The notes under the pieces were generated by a model that saw only the letters and a list, made by a program, of their open reading frames with translations, was not told the origin of the DNA and searched no databases. Shown here piece after piece: positions 40,972-42,875 of a stretch of 42,875 nucleotides of DNA (its first letter is position 1; each line of letters begins with the position of its first letter). The translations under genes and the position numbers were made by a program. Origin of the DNA: Alphaproteobacteria bacterium (GTDB lineage: Bacteria; Pseudomonadota; Alphaproteobacteria; Paracaedibacterales; JAKBAR01); assembly GCA_039808665.1 (NCBI GenBank), contig JBDHTO010000001.1, forward strand, positions 1 through 42,875, given 5' to 3'.

Positions 40972-42376
40972 CGTTTTGATTTTTCTGATTACGATTCCTT
41001 AAGTAAAGCAAAGCAAGAGCACTCGAGGCCGTTCTCGCCAATAGTGAACTTGAACGGCTCGTTAAAATAATGGGAACCTTTGCTCCCATAACAAGCCCTG
41101 CAAATGTTGCATCCGCAAGCAAAATAAGTTGTTTTAAAAGCATATTTCCAGATTCCACATCGGGCACAACCAAAATATCCGCGCGCCCCGCCACAACGGA
41201 ATTTATTTTTTTAATGTGTGCCGCTTCTTCTGAAAGGGCATTATCAAAGGCAAGCGGACCATCCAAAAGCCCTCCTGTGATTTGACCTCTTTCTGCCATT
41301 TTACATAGGGCTGTTGCGTCAAGTGTCGATGGTATTTTTTCACTCACTGTTTCAATGGCTGATAAAATTGCCACCTTTGGAATACCGAAACCAATCGCTT
41401 GAAAAAGATCAATCGCATTTTGAACGATATCTTTTTTGTCATGTAATTTAGGAAAAATATTCACCGCCGCATCCGTCACAAAGAGAGGACGTGGATAAGC
41501 TGGCGTATCGATGACAGAGACATGGCTGATACGGCGATCTGTTTGTAATCCTGAAACCTTATCCACAACGGGATGTAAAAGCTCGTCCGTATGGAGGTCA
41601 CCCTTCATAATGGCTTCAACGAGTCCCTTTCTCGCCATTTGAACAGCCATCTCCGCAGCTGCAGGACCACCCAGTACATCTACAATCTCAACGCCTGAAA
41701 TATCAATTTTTTCATCTTTGGCTAGGGACTGTATTTGATTTTTGGGACCAATAAGAACGGGCACAATCAAATTTTCCCGCATCGAATCCAGTGCTCCTTC
41801 TAAAGAAACTTTGCTTACGGGATAAACGATCGCCGTTTTGATAGGATCGAATTTTTTCGCCATCTGAATGATGCGTTCGTGATAGGGGCATTTCTCTTTT
41901 TTAAAGGCAACTTCGGGCAAAACCACACGCTTTCTGTTTATTTTCTCTGTGGGTGCAATAACCGTTGCTTCCCCTGTAATAACTTCTTTACCGAGTTGAT
42001 TCGTGCAAACACAATCAAGTTCGACAATCTTTTTTTCTTCGTGCTTTGCCTTTACAATGACCTTGGCCGTGATGGTATCTCCAATTAAAACGGGTTTTAA
42101 AAAATTAAATTTTTGCCCCACATAAATGGTTCCAGGACCAGGTAAAATTGTCCCAAGCACGGTTGAGATTAGGGATCCTGTCCACATACCATGGGCCACA
42201 ATATGATGAAAAAAATCGCTTTTTGCATAATCCGCATCCACATGGGCAGGATTCACATCCCCAGACATCACTGCAAAGAGGAGAATATCTTTACTTGTCA
42301 GTGTATGAGAAAGGGTCGCGAATTCTCCAAGTTCAATTTCATCAAATGTCCGGTTGCTGATATAGTTTGTCATCAT
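40955..42376 (-). CDS. pta: MaoC-dehydratase / phosphate acetyltransferase fusion protein
   Basis: The N-terminal ~140 aa form a hotdog/MaoC domain (GDVNPAHVD...IVAHGMW). The C-terminal ~320 aa form a PTA_PTB domain. It overlaps ackA by 17 nt. Confidence 0.88.
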   Translation of the reverse strand: MMTNYISNRTFDEIELGEFATLSHTLTSKDILLFAVMSGDVNPAHVDADYAKSDFFHHIVAHGMWTGSLISTVLGTILPGPGTIYVGQKFNFLKPVLIGDTITAKVIVKAKHEEKKIVELDCVCTNQLGKEVITGEATVIAPTEKINRKRVVLPEVAFKKEKCPYHERIIQMAKKFDPIKTAIVYPVSKVSLEGALDSMRENLIVPVLIGPKNQIQSLAKDEKIDISGVEIVDVLGGPAAAEMAVQMARKGLVEAIMKGDLHTDELLHPVVDKVSGLQTDRRISHVSVIDTPAYPRPLFVTDAAVNIFPKLHDKKDIVQNAIDLFQAIGFGIPKVAILSAIETVSEKIPSTLDATALCKMAERGQITGGLLDGPLAFDNALSEEAAHIKKINSVVAGRADILVVPDVESGNMLLKQLILLADATFAGLVMGAKVPIILTSRSSSLLARTASSALALLYLRNRNQKNQNDDISF

Positions 42377-42460
42377 TCATTTCCCTGATTTTATGGCATA
42401 GGCCCTTTCCGTCGAACCTCATCCCCACCCAAGAAATAGTATAAAAACATTAAAAAGAAT

Positions 42461-42590
42461 TTAAACGCCCTACCTTATTTGTGAATAAAAAAAGAACCCC
42501 AAGGAGAACCTTGGAGTTCAAATCTTCGACCCGGATTCCAGAACATTTTTATGATGCAAGGAAGGAAATCGAGTGGGTAGTGTATTAGGA
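42461..42590 (+). pseudogene. Decayed remnant of the last ~45 codons of a second pbpC copy
   Basis: The remnant translates as KRPTLFVNKKRTPR, and after a frame change as NLRPGFQNIFMM. The intact pbpC tail reads KAPYTVFVNKKRIPK...NLRPGFHHILIV. DNA strings such as tttgtgaataaaaaaaga and gacccggattcca are shared. There is no upstream pbpC body; pta starts at 42376. Confidence 0.75.
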
Positions 42591-42875
42591 ATCTTCTCTG
42601 GCTACCAGCATCATACCGGCTTCCATCTCACGTACAGCACCAACAAATCTCTCCATAACCCAATCACAAAAAGCACGATCTGCCCTTGCAAGAAGGTGTG
42701 GCGCATTCTTTTTAAATTGATCGGTAACAACTGCACTTTTACCTGTATCCGAAAAAGATCCAACACTCAAAAACCCTTGCACTTCTTTTGTTGTTAAGCC
42801 ATGACCAGGTTGTTGTGTAATAGCCAAACGGAAAAGATAGCGTGACTGAGCTGCCTGAAGCTTCATAGCAGGTGT
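42585..42875 (-). CDS. Uncharacterised exported-protein family, copy B (N-terminal part lies beyond the window)
   Basis: TPAMKLQAAQSRYLFRLAITQQPGHGLTTKEVQGFLSVGSFSDTGK aligns with copy A TPDKMLQVAQARYLLRLAITRQGLHGLTAEEVRGFLNVGSFGDTGK. The frame stays open to the window edge, so the Met at 42866 is internal. Confidence 0.8.
   Translation of the reverse strand, partial: TPAMKLQAAQSRYLFRLAITQQPGHGLTTKEVQGFLSVGSFSDTGKSAVVTDQFKKNAPHLLARADRAFCDWVMERFVGAVREMEAGMMLVAREDS

Larger units (their letters stand above)
42461..42875. repeat. Segmental duplication, copy B
   Basis: This is the partner of 37980..38405. The alignment is still running at the window edge. Confidence 0.8.

Noticed and set aside
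1-42875. Mobile elements, CRISPR arrays, restriction-modification or toxin-antitoxin pairs, and phage genes
   Set aside because: I looked for transposase, integrase or recombinase motifs, short regularly spaced repeats and small paired ORFs. I found none. The only repeats are the intragenic tandem repeat and the pbpC-tail/exported-gene duplication.

Overview
This window reads as a gene-dense, visibly AT-leaning chromosomal segment of an alphaproteobacterium. That placement is an inference from three things: a MucR/Ros regulator, the miaB-phoH-ybeY-corC-lnt-HTH gene order, and a MaoC-pta/ackA/fabI operon. I could not run any search.

Most of the window is housekeeping:
- A striking concentration of proteostasis genes: lon, dnaK-dnaJ and tRNA-Leu-tig-clpP-clpX.
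- dapB, nth, asd, pgi/gmhA, greA, phaZ and a TrmH-family methyltransferase.
- A TerC gene that runs off the left edge and is missing from the ORF track.

I saw no rRNA, CRISPR array, transposase, integrase or phage genes.

The non-routine content sits in a few pockets:
1. Positions 30.0-38.9 kb hold an envelope island. It contains a Sec-signal GNAT acetyltransferase, transcribed divergently from a thioester-type alpha-2-macroglobulin and PBP1C pair. The 3' end of pbpC overlaps, tail to tail, an uncharacterised exported protein.
2. That exported protein, together with a decayed copy of the last ~45 codons of pbpC, occurs again at 42.46-42.88 kb. The two copies bracket fabI-ackA-pta.
3. An orphan exported protein carries three ~41-aa tandem repeats.
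4. A two-gene (PAS protein plus membrane transducer) Aer/CetAB-like energy-taxis receptor.
5. A CIRCE-like palindrome lies behind a near-consensus promoter in front of dnaK.
6. A MucR/Ros homologue lacks two of the four zinc ligands.

The best candidate for something undescribed is the exported protein family tied to A2M-PbpC. Its function is unknown to me, and nothing here proves a new system.
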